In this document: piece by piece, positions 14,523 through 23,643 of the stretch
Layout: every line of letters starts with the position of its first letter
How positions within the stretch are numbered: the first letter of the stretch is position 1
Assembly: GCF_000018105.1 (NCBI RefSeq)
Contig: NC_009925.1
Location: 2,400,001 to 2,432,000 of the forward strand
Length of the DNA stretch: 32,000 nt
From: Acaryochloris marina MBIC11017
GTDB taxonomy: Bacteria; Cyanobacteriota; Cyanobacteriia; Thermosynechococcales; Thermosynechococcaceae
Direction of reading: 5' to 3'
Made by a program: the position numbers and the translations under genes
The notes under the pieces: model-generated
Databases searched by the model: none
Told to the model about the DNA's origin: nothing
What the model saw: the letters and a program-made list of their open reading frames with translations, nothing else

Positions 14523-16565
14523 CTACTTCTTACGAATCCATGTTTTACCTTGTTTCTTAAATGACTCCCATCGCTTACCTTGTGGACCTAAGACATTGTT
14601 AAGCGTAGGAGCAACTAATTTATATGGCATATCCTCTGAAACATCTATTTGTTTGGGTAAAGCACTTTTGATTATAGCCATTACAGAACCCCATGCAATT
14701 CCTTCACCTTCGAGGTTCTCCATAACTTTAAGATTATTTTTAATCGCTTGGATGGCTTGCCGCTGACAGACATCTAACACATCCATGGGCAAGCCAGAAT
14801 TTTCATCAATCATGCCTTCTTGAAATTTTTTCTTGAGCTGTTGTGCATAATTCTTAAGTAGTCCAGAGCTGTAGTCCGGATCACGAAGATTATGCATTTT
14901 TTCGAACAAAAGAACGCGCAGTGCTATTGGAAAAGGCTTTCCACTGGAAGAACTCCAGAAAACACCTTGTCCTGGGATAGGCTCATTCAATAAGGCACTT
15001 AAAATATCCTGACTAAAGTGAGCATTAGCATTTTTAATATTATTGAGGTCTGAAGCAGATAGTAAATGAAAAATAAACCAGTTATCTCCTTGACTTAAAA
15101 TCTCGTTGGAGATACTACCTGGCTGTTGAGTAATTAAAACGGCACCTAAATCATATTTTCGCCCTTCTTTGACCCATGCAATATATGGCTCAGCTCCTGT
15201 AGCTCTTTCACTTAAAACTGATTGAGCTTCTTCAACCACTGCAAGAGTTGGTATTGTTTCAGGGTTAGCTGCTGTAAACTGTTCTTGGTTATGGTCAAAT
15301 ATTCGACGTAGAATCAAGCTAGAAAGGATAAGAGATTGGCTACCTCTCATTTGAGAGATATCAACAATACATAATTTTCCATTTTTTAAAGCATCTAACA
15401 GCATGTCTAATAACTGACTTGTATTGTCATGCAGCATTCTGACAATCGTTGTCATGTTTGCTCTTGCAGCTAATGCCTCTGCATCTTGTTGGTCAGGTTC
15501 CAAACCCAAGATATTTTTGACTTCATCAAGCTCTGCTTGATTTCCATTCTTGTGGACAAGATCAACTAATCGAGACCAATTATCTTGCCTCAAACCACTT
15601 AATTTACGTATATTTTGTTGGCCTTGCTTTTCAGGACTAATTGCTATGGATATTACATCACTTGGGTTTAACCTACGAATATCAAGTTTGATACCGCCTG
15701 CAACAAAAGAATCATAAAAATTACTAGGACCTCGCCTATTAGTGAAAACCACTAATTTATTTTCCAATTCTTTTACATCGCATAAACCAGGACGACCTTT
15801 ATCATCTGGCCAAAAATATTCTCCATCCGGGTCAAACAGAATAGTCCCTACTGGAACCCTTCTTCCTTGCCTCTTTTCTACTACAGGATCAGATTTATAC
15901 AATTCACTGAATAGCAGTTTATTTAAGTTTGATTTTCCAAAGCCTGCTCTTGCAAAAATAAATGAGCGCCTTGAAACCAAATTTTCCATAGGAAATTTAA
16001 TCAGTACTTCAGGCTCTTTAATTTGCATCCATGGCAGTGGCTCTAATAATGTACTGGTTGAAGAGTAGATATACTCTCCCAATGCAAAATGACCTATAGC
16101 AGCTCCTTGAACATTATGGCTAGCTATCTCTCTTAAAACATCTCCAGATAAGAATGCTACTAAACTACCAACATGAGGGAGTCGTCGATGAGATGCAACA
16201 AATGTTAGCTTGCCATCATCTATAATTCTTAAAACTCCAAGTACTCGAATATCTACTTGATATTTTAAATACTGCTCCCTTAAGTCTTCTGGCACTGCCC
16301 GACTTTCTTGCATAGCCCGGATATTAAATTCTTCTCCCACGCCTGAAGACAGCTTTCCTGAAGAGGAAAGGGATGTAATTCTTCCTAACACAGCTTCATC
16401 TTGCGTTTCCAGTTGTACCAGAAGGAACTGGCCATGCATGGGGATACTTTGAAAGTCATTTCGGTAGGGCAGAACCAGATCTGCATGGAACTCTAAACCT
16501 CCTTTACTGAATCCTCGAAAAACGCCAATAACTTCGTTAGGTGGAAAAAGTTCAATACTAGACAT
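14523..16565 (-). CDS. HerA-like (DUF87/FtsK-HerA superfamily) hexameric ATPase
   Basis: 680 aa. It has an N-terminal HAS-barrel-like region (VIGVFRGFSKGGLEFHADL...GQFLLVQL...AVLGRITSL), Walker A FARAGFGKSN, ILFDPDGEY, Walker B LAVVEEAQSVL and the HerA-typical EGRKYDLGAVLITQQPGSI. A C-terminal extension of about 120 aa is unrecognised. Confidence 0.8.
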   Translation of the reverse strand: MSSIELFPPNEVIGVFRGFSKGGLEFHADLVLPYRNDFQSIPMHGQFLLVQLETQDEAVLGRITSLSSSGKLSSGVGEEFNIRAMQESRAVPEDLREQYLKYQVDIRVLGVLRIIDDGKLTFVASHRRLPHVGSLVAFLSGDVLREIASHNVQGAAIGHFALGEYIYSSTSTLLEPLPWMQIKEPEVLIKFPMENLVSRRSFIFARAGFGKSNLNKLLFSELYKSDPVVEKRQGRRVPVGTILFDPDGEYFWPDDKGRPGLCDVKELENKLVVFTNRRGPSNFYDSFVAGGIKLDIRRLNPSDVISIAISPEKQGQQNIRKLSGLRQDNWSRLVDLVHKNGNQAELDEVKNILGLEPDQQDAEALAARANMTTIVRMLHDNTSQLLDMLLDALKNGKLCIVDISQMRGSQSLILSSLILRRIFDHNQEQFTAANPETIPTLAVVEEAQSVLSERATGAEPYIAWVKEGRKYDLGAVLITQQPGSISNEILSQGDNWFIFHLLSASDLNNIKNANAHFSQDILSALLNEPIPGQGVFWSSSSGKPFPIALRVLLFEKMHNLRDPDYSSGLLKNYAQQLKKKFQEGMIDENSGLPMDVLDVCQRQAIQAIKNNLKVMENLEGEGIAWGSVMAIIKSALPKQIDVSEDMPYKLVAPTLNNVLGPQGKRWESFKKQGKTWIRKK

Positions 16566-16590
16566 AGTATTTTTTACTTCAGAAATTTAA

Positions 16591-17736
16591 TTAATAGCGG
16601 TTCTGTGCCGGATCTGGATCTTGTAATCTTGCCATATCTAAAACCACTGCCTCTTGACCAAGGATATTTCTAATACCGTTAAATATTTGATCCTGTAAAA
16701 CATCAAAGTCGAAATCAACTAAAGCAGCATTTTCATGTGCTTTTTGAAGACAACGAGGATAAAAAGGAACAGGAAAACCATTAATTGCATCTGATAATAA
16801 ATAACCAATTATGGCTTGAGCTTCGTGGGCCTGAGGCAAAAATATATCCACAGGCCATATTGGATCGTGAGATTTGTTTCCAAATTTGATGAAGAACATT
16901 TTACCACCTACAAACTTATTGATTTCGCCACCTTGTTCTAGTGCGATATCATCATTTCTGGCATATTCTGACCAGATATATGCTTTTTCCTCTATGTCAG
17001 GAGGTATGTCAACGTAAGCTGGATACTCTGACGTTAAAATATTTTCTAAAGCCATTGCTAAGCGATAACGCGTTAGAACTTTACTATGCTTTGCAAATCC
17101 TACTAAATAAATCTTTCTACGTGATTTTCTTCGATGGCTATCTATCGCTTCCTGAATTCCTTTTCGATAATGCTGAAAAAGTCCTTCCTTAAAAACTTTA
17201 CTGCGCAGTAGTCCATCAAAGACAATTAACGTATCTACAGCAAATTCCTTTTCTCGAATTACTGAAAATAGTACAGCCCATTCCACTAACTCTCGATACA
17301 CCTGAACCCAGCTAGTGCTTGTTAGTTCTCCATCATCATTACTACGAATCATAGGGCTAAGATCGCTAATATGTCTGACTCCCAAGAAGTCCATCATCTT
17401 ACCCAATGCAGTTAAGGGTTCGCCATTTTTATCGAATTGTTGATTACTGAGCGAACTAACTTTTGTAGTTGGCGTAATAGCTTCAAGACAATACTCATTA
17501 TTGCTAGAGTCAACTACCCGAATGAGTTGAACTAAGAAAGGGTCGTATTGGATACGATTATTACCCCCATCAGTTCCGACTAGTGAAACAGAGGTCGTTG
17601 TTCGGGCTTGGATTCGTCTCACAGCACTTTTCAAAGGCCGGATCTCAGATCGTAATTGCTCTAATATTTCCCTATCTTCTGCAATGCGATTAGCAATCTC
17701 TGTACTGAGGTGTTCATGGCTTTCAGGGTCTATCAT
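16591..17736 (-). CDS. NurA-domain nuclease
   Basis: 381 aa. Blocks in NurA order are SLVGTDGGNN (first catalytic Asp), TLIVFDGLLRS, IYLVGFAKHSKV and FPVPFYPRCLQKAHENAAL. Its stop lies 25 bp upstream of the HerA-like start, and the nurA-herA adjacency is the canonical pairing. Confidence 0.72.
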   Translation of the reverse strand: MIDPESHEHLSTEIANRIAEDREILEQLRSEIRPLKSAVRRIQARTTTSVSLVGTDGGNNRIQYDPFLVQLIRVVDSSNNEYCLEAITPTTKVSSLSNQQFDKNGEPLTALGKMMDFLGVRHISDLSPMIRSNDDGELTSTSWVQVYRELVEWAVLFSVIREKEFAVDTLIVFDGLLRSKVFKEGLFQHYRKGIQEAIDSHRRKSRRKIYLVGFAKHSKVLTRYRLAMALENILTSEYPAYVDIPPDIEEKAYIWSEYARNDDIALEQGGEINKFVGGKMFFIKFGNKSHDPIWPVDIFLPQAHEAQAIIGYLLSDAINGFPVPFYPRCLQKAHENAALVDFDFDVLQDQIFNGIRNILGQEAVVLDMARLQDPDPAQNRY

Positions 17737-18008
17737 GGATCTGCCTTTTCAAACGCTCTCAACATGATGTGAACATCGATTGCTATCACATTGAGGTTGA
17801 TAACTACCTCTTTGCTCTATTTAGAAGGCTAAGTTCAAAATAAATCTGGATAATTTCCGTAAATTTTGACCTTACTTTGTTTTTTAGAAGCTACGTTCAT
17901 TAAAAGTTGAGAATAAAAGTATTCAAACTTAGAAGGCTTTTCCCTCTCGAAAATTGAAGATTTCTTTAATCTATCCTTGAATCTCTAAATATGCGGTACG
18001 TCCTAGGG

Positions 18009-18045
18009 AAAAAAATATCTCCCCAACATCCGTCAGGGAGATATT
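18009..18045 (-). terminator. Rho-independent terminator of the transketolase-family gene
   Basis: On the minus strand there is a 10-bp perfect stem, AATATCTCCC (complement of 18036-18045) pairing with GGGAGATATT (complement of 18014-18023). The loop is 12 nt and a T7 run follows (A7 at 18009-18015 on the plus strand). It sits 23 bp after the stop at 18068. Confidence 0.8.
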
Positions 18046-18067
18046 CCAAGAGTTAATCAAATTAAGC

Positions 18068-19969
18068 TTAGCTAGCGAGAGACTTGACGGTCTTCATAAT
18101 GCCAACGGGGTCAATCCCTTGATGAGGGAATTGCTCCCAAAGACCGCCGCAGCCTTCTTCATGGGTGCCTAAGTAAGCAAACTTAGGAGATAGTCCTCGC
18201 TCCAGCAGCCAAGAACCGAAGCGGCTACCTAATCCAGTCCGACGGTTAAAGGATTCAACGACCACCACAAAGGGCGCTGCGCCAATCTTCTTCATCATGT
18301 CTTCGTCGACGACATTGAGGGTGGACTTGTTGATGAGACCCACATCAATGCCTTCCTTCTTCAGACGCTCAACCGCATCCAAAGACCGATAGAGGGCTTC
18401 ACCAAAGCTGACAATATAGCCTGCTGTTCCTTCTCGTACCACTTCGTCCTTGCCAGGGGTAAAGGTGTAATTGCCTGCATACAGCTCACCGCCATTAGCG
18501 TCTGTCAGGAGGGGTACCTTAGAGCGAGTAGAGAAGATAAACCGGAGACCCGAATTATCGAAAACCGACTTTACACAGGCCTTCATTTGGTTGGCATCGG
18601 CAGGGAAATAGAGGCGAGTCTCATAACCATCATCCAAGCCATTATCGGCAAACATATTGTTAATACCGAAGTGGCAGGTGTTATCGGCCATATCGTCAAT
18701 GCCCGCATGGGAGAAGTGACAGAGCAAGTTGGACTTGTTCAAGCGAGCCATGGTGATCTCAGAGATACACATCTCCAAAAAGGCACTAAAGGTGGCAAAG
18801 ATGCCCTGCTTGCCTGCAGCCATGCCGAAACCAGCAGCAGCAGACAGGTTGCCTCGCTCTTGAATCCCACCACTGATAAAAATTTCAGGATTAGCAGCTC
18901 GAATTTTATGGAGACCACAGGAGCCTTCCAGGTCGCTATCCACGACGAGCACCTTAGCCTTACGGTCGGCTTCGCTCATGCCGCTGAGGACTTCTACCAC
19001 CGCATCACCGAAGACGTTCCGGTTGGAGTCGTACTTCTCAGAAGCCCCGAGGAACGTATAGTCCTGGCTAGGCTTAACCACACTCTTCAGATTGGAAACC
19101 GCATCAGAATGACCGCGAGCCTCTAGATACTTAAGGGCGGCATCCACAGAGATCACGTCATGACCATGGTTAGATCCTTCTAGACCGTCGATCCCCACAC
19201 ACATGGCCCGCTTGTTGATAACGGCCACGGGACCGGGGGTGTTAATCGCTTCACAAATGCGAGCGTAGAGGCCATCAATATCTTCGCCATCGCCTTCTAG
19301 AACTTTGAGGCCATGACCTTCCAAAGTCTTTTTGACACTAAAGCCAGGTAGATAGTCAGAAGGGCTACCGGCAATGGTGATGTCATTATCATCAATCAGC
19401 AGCTTGACGTTAATCTGCTGGGCAACGGCTAGGCGGGCCGCTTCTGCATCATTTCCTTCTTGCTGAGAACCATCAGACCCAAGACAGAAGGCTGTTTTAC
19501 CAGGATTTGCGAGGGCAACGCCATTCACATAGGGCCACATATGTCCCAAACGACCGGAGCTGAACTTAACCCCAGGGGTGAGACCCAGTTCGGGGTGACC
19601 AGGCAAGGTGGAGTTGGCAGCCCGATAACTCATCAACTGCTCGGCAGGTAAGGAGCCTTCTAGAGTAGACATCAAGTATTGCGTCGCGACTCGGTGCCCA
19701 GCTTCGTCAAAAAAGATCGGAACATACTTGTCAGCACTGCCCCGAAAGAGCGCATCCAAAATCATCACTTCGGGAACCGTGTCGTAGGGGCCACCGGTAT
19801 GTCCACCCACACCTCGGGCTGCCCCCGTGGCGGTAAAAAAGACAATGGCATCACGGCAAAGCTGAATATTCGATTTGAGGGTCTCCCGTTGCTCCGGGGT
19901 GAGGGTGGGATTGCTAGCGTCCAGGGTAAGCGGTTTATAGGCCTTTAAATCAATCGGGAATGTTGTCAT
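18068..19969 (-). CDS. Transketolase-family thiamine-diphosphate enzyme (divergent, 633 aa)
   Basis: LPGHPE, the TPP/metal motif GSDGSQQEGNDAEAARLAVAQQINVKLLIDDNDITIAG, a pyrimidine-binding middle domain (GIQERGNLSAAAGF) and a C-terminal domain are present. The N-terminal region (GGHTGGPYDTVPEVMILDAL) differs from canonical TktA. Confidence 0.75.
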   Translation of the reverse strand: MTTFPIDLKAYKPLTLDASNPTLTPEQRETLKSNIQLCRDAIVFFTATGAARGVGGHTGGPYDTVPEVMILDALFRGSADKYVPIFFDEAGHRVATQYLMSTLEGSLPAEQLMSYRAANSTLPGHPELGLTPGVKFSSGRLGHMWPYVNGVALANPGKTAFCLGSDGSQQEGNDAEAARLAVAQQINVKLLIDDNDITIAGSPSDYLPGFSVKKTLEGHGLKVLEGDGEDIDGLYARICEAINTPGPVAVINKRAMCVGIDGLEGSNHGHDVISVDAALKYLEARGHSDAVSNLKSVVKPSQDYTFLGASEKYDSNRNVFGDAVVEVLSGMSEADRKAKVLVVDSDLEGSCGLHKIRAANPEIFISGGIQERGNLSAAAGFGMAAGKQGIFATFSAFLEMCISEITMARLNKSNLLCHFSHAGIDDMADNTCHFGINNMFADNGLDDGYETRLYFPADANQMKACVKSVFDNSGLRFIFSTRSKVPLLTDANGGELYAGNYTFTPGKDEVVREGTAGYIVSFGEALYRSLDAVERLKKEGIDVGLINKSTLNVVDEDMMKKIGAAPFVVVVESFNRRTGLGSRFGSWLLERGLSPKFAYLGTHEEGCGGLWEQFPHQGIDPVGIMKTVKSLAS

Positions 19970-20199
19970 AGAAGCTGTTCCTTAAATGGGTCAATGTGAA
20001 GAGTTATAACGGGCTAGCCTGGCTATCGTACCATTTTGTCTGAAGCCCTCCAGACGTTTTTGGGTACCGACTTTGATATCTGAATCGTAGGCAGCTTCGG
20101 GCTGATCTCAAGGTCGAGAATCAAGGTTAGAGGCCAACCAGTATTCTTGAAGTTGCCGCTTATAGTTAAGTATTTTTACCTATTATAGTCGGTCGTTGT

Positions 20200-20763
20200 T
20201 CAAACGCTGACTAAGGGTTGTAATGCTGATGCGATCTCATCCGTAATTTCTGACTCCGGGCGACTCCCATCAATTTCAATCAAACATTGGCGACGGCGGT
20301 AAAAGTCAATCAGCGGAGTGGTTTGGTCGTTGTAAATCTGTAAGCGCTGTCGGATCAGATCTTCACTATCATCCTGCCGACCTCGCTTCAGCATTCGCTC
20401 GATTAATAAATCTTCGGGGGTTTCAAAATACACGACTTGCCCATAGAGCTGGCCCATAATTTGGAGTAAGGTATCCAGCGCCTGGGTTTGAGCGAGATTC
20501 CGGGGAAAACCATCCAAAATCCAACCATTCTGGGTGGCGGGTGACCCAAAGCTTTCCCGCATCAAACCTACCATTAAGGTATCTGGAACGAGTTCACCCG
20601 CTTCCACATGAGTTTGGGCTTGTTTACCTAAGTCAGATTGGGTTGCGATCGCATCGCGGAGTAAATCACCTGTCGAAATACTGGGAATCTGCCAACGCGC
20701 AGCCCCTGCTTGAGCTTGTGTACTTTTACCAGAACCGGGCGGGCCGAGAAATACAAGTCGCAT
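20200..20763 (-). CDS. adk: Adenylate kinase (short-LID type)
   Basis: MRLVFLGPPGSGKSTQA P-loop, STGDLLR, GWILDGFPRNLAQ and a short LID (KRGRQDDSED). I use the ATG (complement of 20761-20763); the 26-codon extension in the track looks spurious. Confidence 0.88.
   Translation of the reverse strand: MRLVFLGPPGSGKSTQAQAGAARWQIPSISTGDLLRDAIATQSDLGKQAQTHVEAGELVPDTLMVGLMRESFGSPATQNGWILDGFPRNLAQTQALDTLLQIMGQLYGQVVYFETPEDLLIERMLKRGRQDDSEDLIRQRLQIYNDQTTPLIDFYRRRQCLIEIDGSRPESEITDEIASALQPLVSV
20645..20652. repeat. HIP1 palindrome GCGATCGC
   Basis: Exact octamer read in the sequence. Confidence 0.95.
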
Positions 20764-21137
20764 CGTTTTAGTGGGGAATAACAACACAGTCGCTAATGGC
20801 CAAGGAGCCAGCATCCACAAGAAAGGGATACACCAACTCAACAGCTATGTGGTCTCATATTCTGACTAGAACAAGCGGAGTTAGGTCTCTCACCGATTAG
20901 AAAATCCAAACTAACTCATAACCTATACTTAATAAGAATTTCAAGATTTTTTCCGTAACATCCCCTTACTATACACCTAATCGGAATTCATAACGGACCA
21001 TCCCCAACGTCGCAAAATTACGGGCAAGCCCAGCAAATTTCTGCGCTATCGCTTGAGAATGGTCTAGGCAGGTGTACCGCTTTACGTCATGCTAGAAATC
21101 GTCAGTTTTCGCAAGCAGCTTTTTTAGGAGGTTCAGT

Positions 21138-21845
21138 ATGAGCGCAGTTGATCCCGTTAAGTTAATGAAACAACAGGTGGGTAAAGCCGCTGCCGATCGG
21201 GTTCAGTCTGGCTCAATCGTGGGGTTAGGCACTGGGTCTACCACCGCCTTTGCGATTCAGTTTTTGGGTGATCGGATTAAGTCAGGTGCATTAACGGATA
21301 TCAAAGGTATTCCCACTTCCTTCCAAGCTTCTGTGTTAGCGAAGCAGTATGGCATTCCCCTCACCACCCTAGATGAAGTGGATCGGATTCATATCGGCAT
21401 TGATGGTGCCGATGAAGTGGATCCGCAGAAGAATTTAATCAAAGGTGGTGGCGCAGCTCATACCCGCGAAAAGGTCGTGGATTCCCTAGCTGAGCAGTTT
21501 ATTGTGGTGGTCGATCAATCCAAAATTGTCGATAAATTAGGGTCCACTTTCCCGGTCCCGGTGGAAGTATTGCCAATGGCGATCGCACCAGTCGTCAAAG
21601 CCTTAGAGAAGCTCGGTGGTAAGCCCGAACTGCGGATGGGTATCAAAAAAGACGGTCCTGTGATTACCGACCAGGGCAATATGGTGCTGGACGTCACCTT
21701 TAGCGATATTCCTAATCCCCCCGAACTGGAGAAAACCATTAACAATATTCCAGGAGTTCTGGAAAACGGCATCTTCGTGGGCATGACTGACATTGTTTTA
21801 ATTGGCGAAATCAAAGATGGCAATCCCACCGTCCGTGAGATGTAA
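21138..21845 (+). CDS. rpiA: Ribose-5-phosphate isomerase A
   Basis: 235 aa. [21 protein letters not shown] and [15 protein letters not shown] are the RpiA signature blocks. Confidence 0.92.
   Translation: MSAVDPVKLMKQQVGKAAADRVQSGSIVGLGTGSTTAFAIQFLGDRIKSGALTDIKGIPTSFQASVLAKQYGIPLTTLDEVDRIHIGIDGADEVDPQKNLIKGGGAAHTREKVVDSLAEQFIVVVDQSKIVDKLGSTFPVPVEVLPMAIAPVVKALEKLGGKPELRMGIKKDGPVITDQGNMVLDVTFSDIPNPPELEKTINNIPGVLENGIFVGMTDIVLIGEIKDGNPTVREM
21579..21586. repeat. HIP1 palindrome GCGATCGC
   Basis: Exact octamer read in the sequence. Confidence 0.95.
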
Positions 21846-21860
21846 TCTCCCATCGTTATC

Positions 21861-21885
21861 AAGGAAGTATGGGTGATACTTCCTT
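21861..21885. terminator. Hairpin between convergent rpiA and TPR genes (possible bidirectional terminator)
   Basis: A perfect 10-bp stem, AAGGAAGTAT (21861-21870) pairing with ATACTTCCTT (21876-21885), has a 5-nt loop. There is no strong U-tract on either side. Confidence 0.5.
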
Positions 21886-21894
21886 CTGATCATT

Positions 21895-22437
21895 TCACCT
21901 CCGGCTACCTTCGGGGGTATATTTTTTCCCTTCCTGTGGAGCCTCTTTCGCTTCTAAAAGGATGATTGCTTCTTCCTCGACTCTGCCTGTAGCACCGAGA
22001 AAATCAGCATAGCTTTCCAATCGTTCCTGTGTCCGTTTTTCCTCTAAGCCTTCCAGATGGATGCGTTCGGCCTCATCGGTACGATCCGTCAGAAGATAGA
22101 TAAATGCAAGCATGGTGCGGTTCAAGTGCCCACTTTTAAGCTCTACGGATTTCAGAAAACACTTTTCTGCTGACTCGTACTTTTCCAACTCCATCCATAC
22201 AACACCCAACGCCCAATAGGCGACATGACTGTAGCTTGCTGGAGCAATAGAGCAGGCTCTTTGCAAATGGGGGATGGCATCTGAGTGTTGGTTGAGCTTG
22301 AAATAAGCCCATCCAGTATTCCAAGATGTATTAAAACTAGTTAGAAGAAGTTCTGAGTTTTGCTCAGCGAACTGAATAGCATCCATCCAATGTTGCTGCT
22401 TCACCAACTGATCCATCTGTGTGGTTAGCTCTATCAT
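21895..22437 (-). CDS. Tetratricopeptide-repeat protein
   Basis: 180 aa with TPR-like periodicity (WNTGWAYFKLNQHSDAIPHLQRA, AYWALGVVWMELEKYESAEKCFLKSVEL). Confidence 0.6.
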   Translation of the reverse strand: MIELTTQMDQLVKQQHWMDAIQFAEQNSELLLTSFNTSWNTGWAYFKLNQHSDAIPHLQRACSIAPASYSHVAYWALGVVWMELEKYESAEKCFLKSVELKSGHLNRTMLAFIYLLTDRTDEAERIHLEGLEEKRTQERLESYADFLGATGRVEEEAIILLEAKEAPQEGKKYTPEGSRR

Positions 22438-22626
22438 ATTTGTTGATCTCTAGTACTTATCTCGCCCCTTGAATAGGAGATAAACCCTCGGGTTTTATAT
22501 GCGCGACTGTCCTAGGCTTATAAAGCCCAGCCAGGATGTCTTACCTAACCCCAGTTCAGCACTTGGGAGATTCTCCCACGCAAGAATAAAGGTTTCAGCT
22601 TATCTCGAATCTAGCGTTAGCCATGA

Positions 22627-23571
22627 CTAGTGCGACTCCGCCTCGTGAAACAGAGGCGTGCTGAGATAGCGTTCACCAAAGCTAGGCTGAATCATCACAA
22701 TCAGCTTGTCCTTATTCTCAGGTCGTTTGGCCACTTGGATGGCCGCACATAAAGCGGCCCCGGAGGAGATCCCAGATAGCAACCCTTCTTCTCGTGCAAG
22801 TCGGCGACCATAGGTGATCGCATCTTCATCTTTGACCAGGATCACTTCATCAATCAAATCCACCTTTAAAACAGGCGGCACAAATCCCGCACCGATCCCT
22901 TGAATTTTATGGGGACCAGGTGATCCGCCCGATAAAATTGGACTGCCTTCAGGCTCCACAGCGATGGCCTGAAATGATTTCTTGCGAGCCTTTAAGGCTT
23001 CTGCCACTCCCGTTAGGGTGCCCCCAGTGCCCACGCCAGCAATGAGGAAATCTACCTTGCCATCGGTATCTGCCCAAATTTCTTCCGCTGTGGTTTGGCG
23101 ATGAATTTGGGGATTGGCTGGATTGCGAAACTGCTGGAGCATATAGGCATTGGGTAGGGTATCCACCAACTCTTGAGCCCGTTCAATACACCCCCGCATC
23201 CCTTCTGTACCTGGAGTCAACTCTAGCTCTGCCCCGTAGGCCCGCAGCATTGCCCGCCGCTCAGCACTCATGGTTTCTGGCATAGTTAGGATCAGGCGAT
23301 AGCCTTTGGCCGCCGCCACCATCGCCAAGGCAATTCCCGTATTGCCAGAGGTGGGTTCCACCAACACTGTGATACCGGGATGAATCAGTCCTTGCTTTTC
23401 GGCAATGGCAATCATATTGCTGCCAATCCGATCTTTCACCGACGCGGAGGGATTCAGGCTCTCCAGCTTGATAATAATTTTGGCCAGGCACCCTTCCGAT
23501 TCAGGAATGCGATTGAGTTGAATGAGCGGCGTTTTACCAATCAGCTCGGTAATATCGTGGGCAATACGCAT
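22627..23571 (-). CDS. cysK: Cysteine synthase A (O-acetylserine sulfhydrylase)
   Basis: 314 aa. It has the PLP-lysine motif [12 protein letters not shown], then [12 protein letters not shown] and [10 protein letters not shown]. Confidence 0.9.
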   Translation of the reverse strand: MRIAHDITELIGKTPLIQLNRIPESEGCLAKIIIKLESLNPSASVKDRIGSNMIAIAEKQGLIHPGITVLVEPTSGNTGIALAMVAAAKGYRLILTMPETMSAERRAMLRAYGAELELTPGTEGMRGCIERAQELVDTLPNAYMLQQFRNPANPQIHRQTTAEEIWADTDGKVDFLIAGVGTGGTLTGVAEALKARKKSFQAIAVEPEGSPILSGGSPGPHKIQGIGAGFVPPVLKVDLIDEVILVKDEDAITYGRRLAREEGLLSGISSGAALCAAIQVAKRPENKDKLIVMIQPSFGERYLSTPLFHEAESH

Positions 23572-23643
23572 AGTGACAGTCTCTGCTTATCAGTGCAATC
23601 AAGGAAGAGAACGCGGCCCAGGCAGCTGAGCTGTGCTCTTAGC

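Noticed and set aside
15742-17192. Plus-strand ORFs 15742..16068 and 16941..17192 inside the island
   Set aside because: They are antisense to the HerA-like and NurA-like genes. AT-rich DNA readily yields such shadow frames.
13381-17975. Possible att-like direct repeat flanking the island: TTAATCTTTC at 13381-13390 and TTAATCTATC at 17966-17975
   Set aside because: It is only a 9-of-10 match in very AT-rich DNA, which is easily chance, and no integrase gene is present.
18587-19948. Plus-strand ORFs 18587..19126, 19460..19651 and 19679..19948
   Set aside because: They are antisense to the transketolase-family gene, whose motifs are unambiguous.
20764-20841. 26-codon N-terminal extension of adk (MSWCIPFLWMLAPWPLATVLLFPTKT)
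   Set aside because: Adenylate kinases start immediately before the P-loop strand (MRLVFLGPPGSGKST). The extension starts at a non-ATG codon and looks like read-through.
22573-22587. Palindrome TGGGAGATTCTCCCA downstream of cysK as a terminator
   Set aside because: The stem leaves essentially no loop and there is no U-tract, so it is not convincing as a rho-independent terminator.
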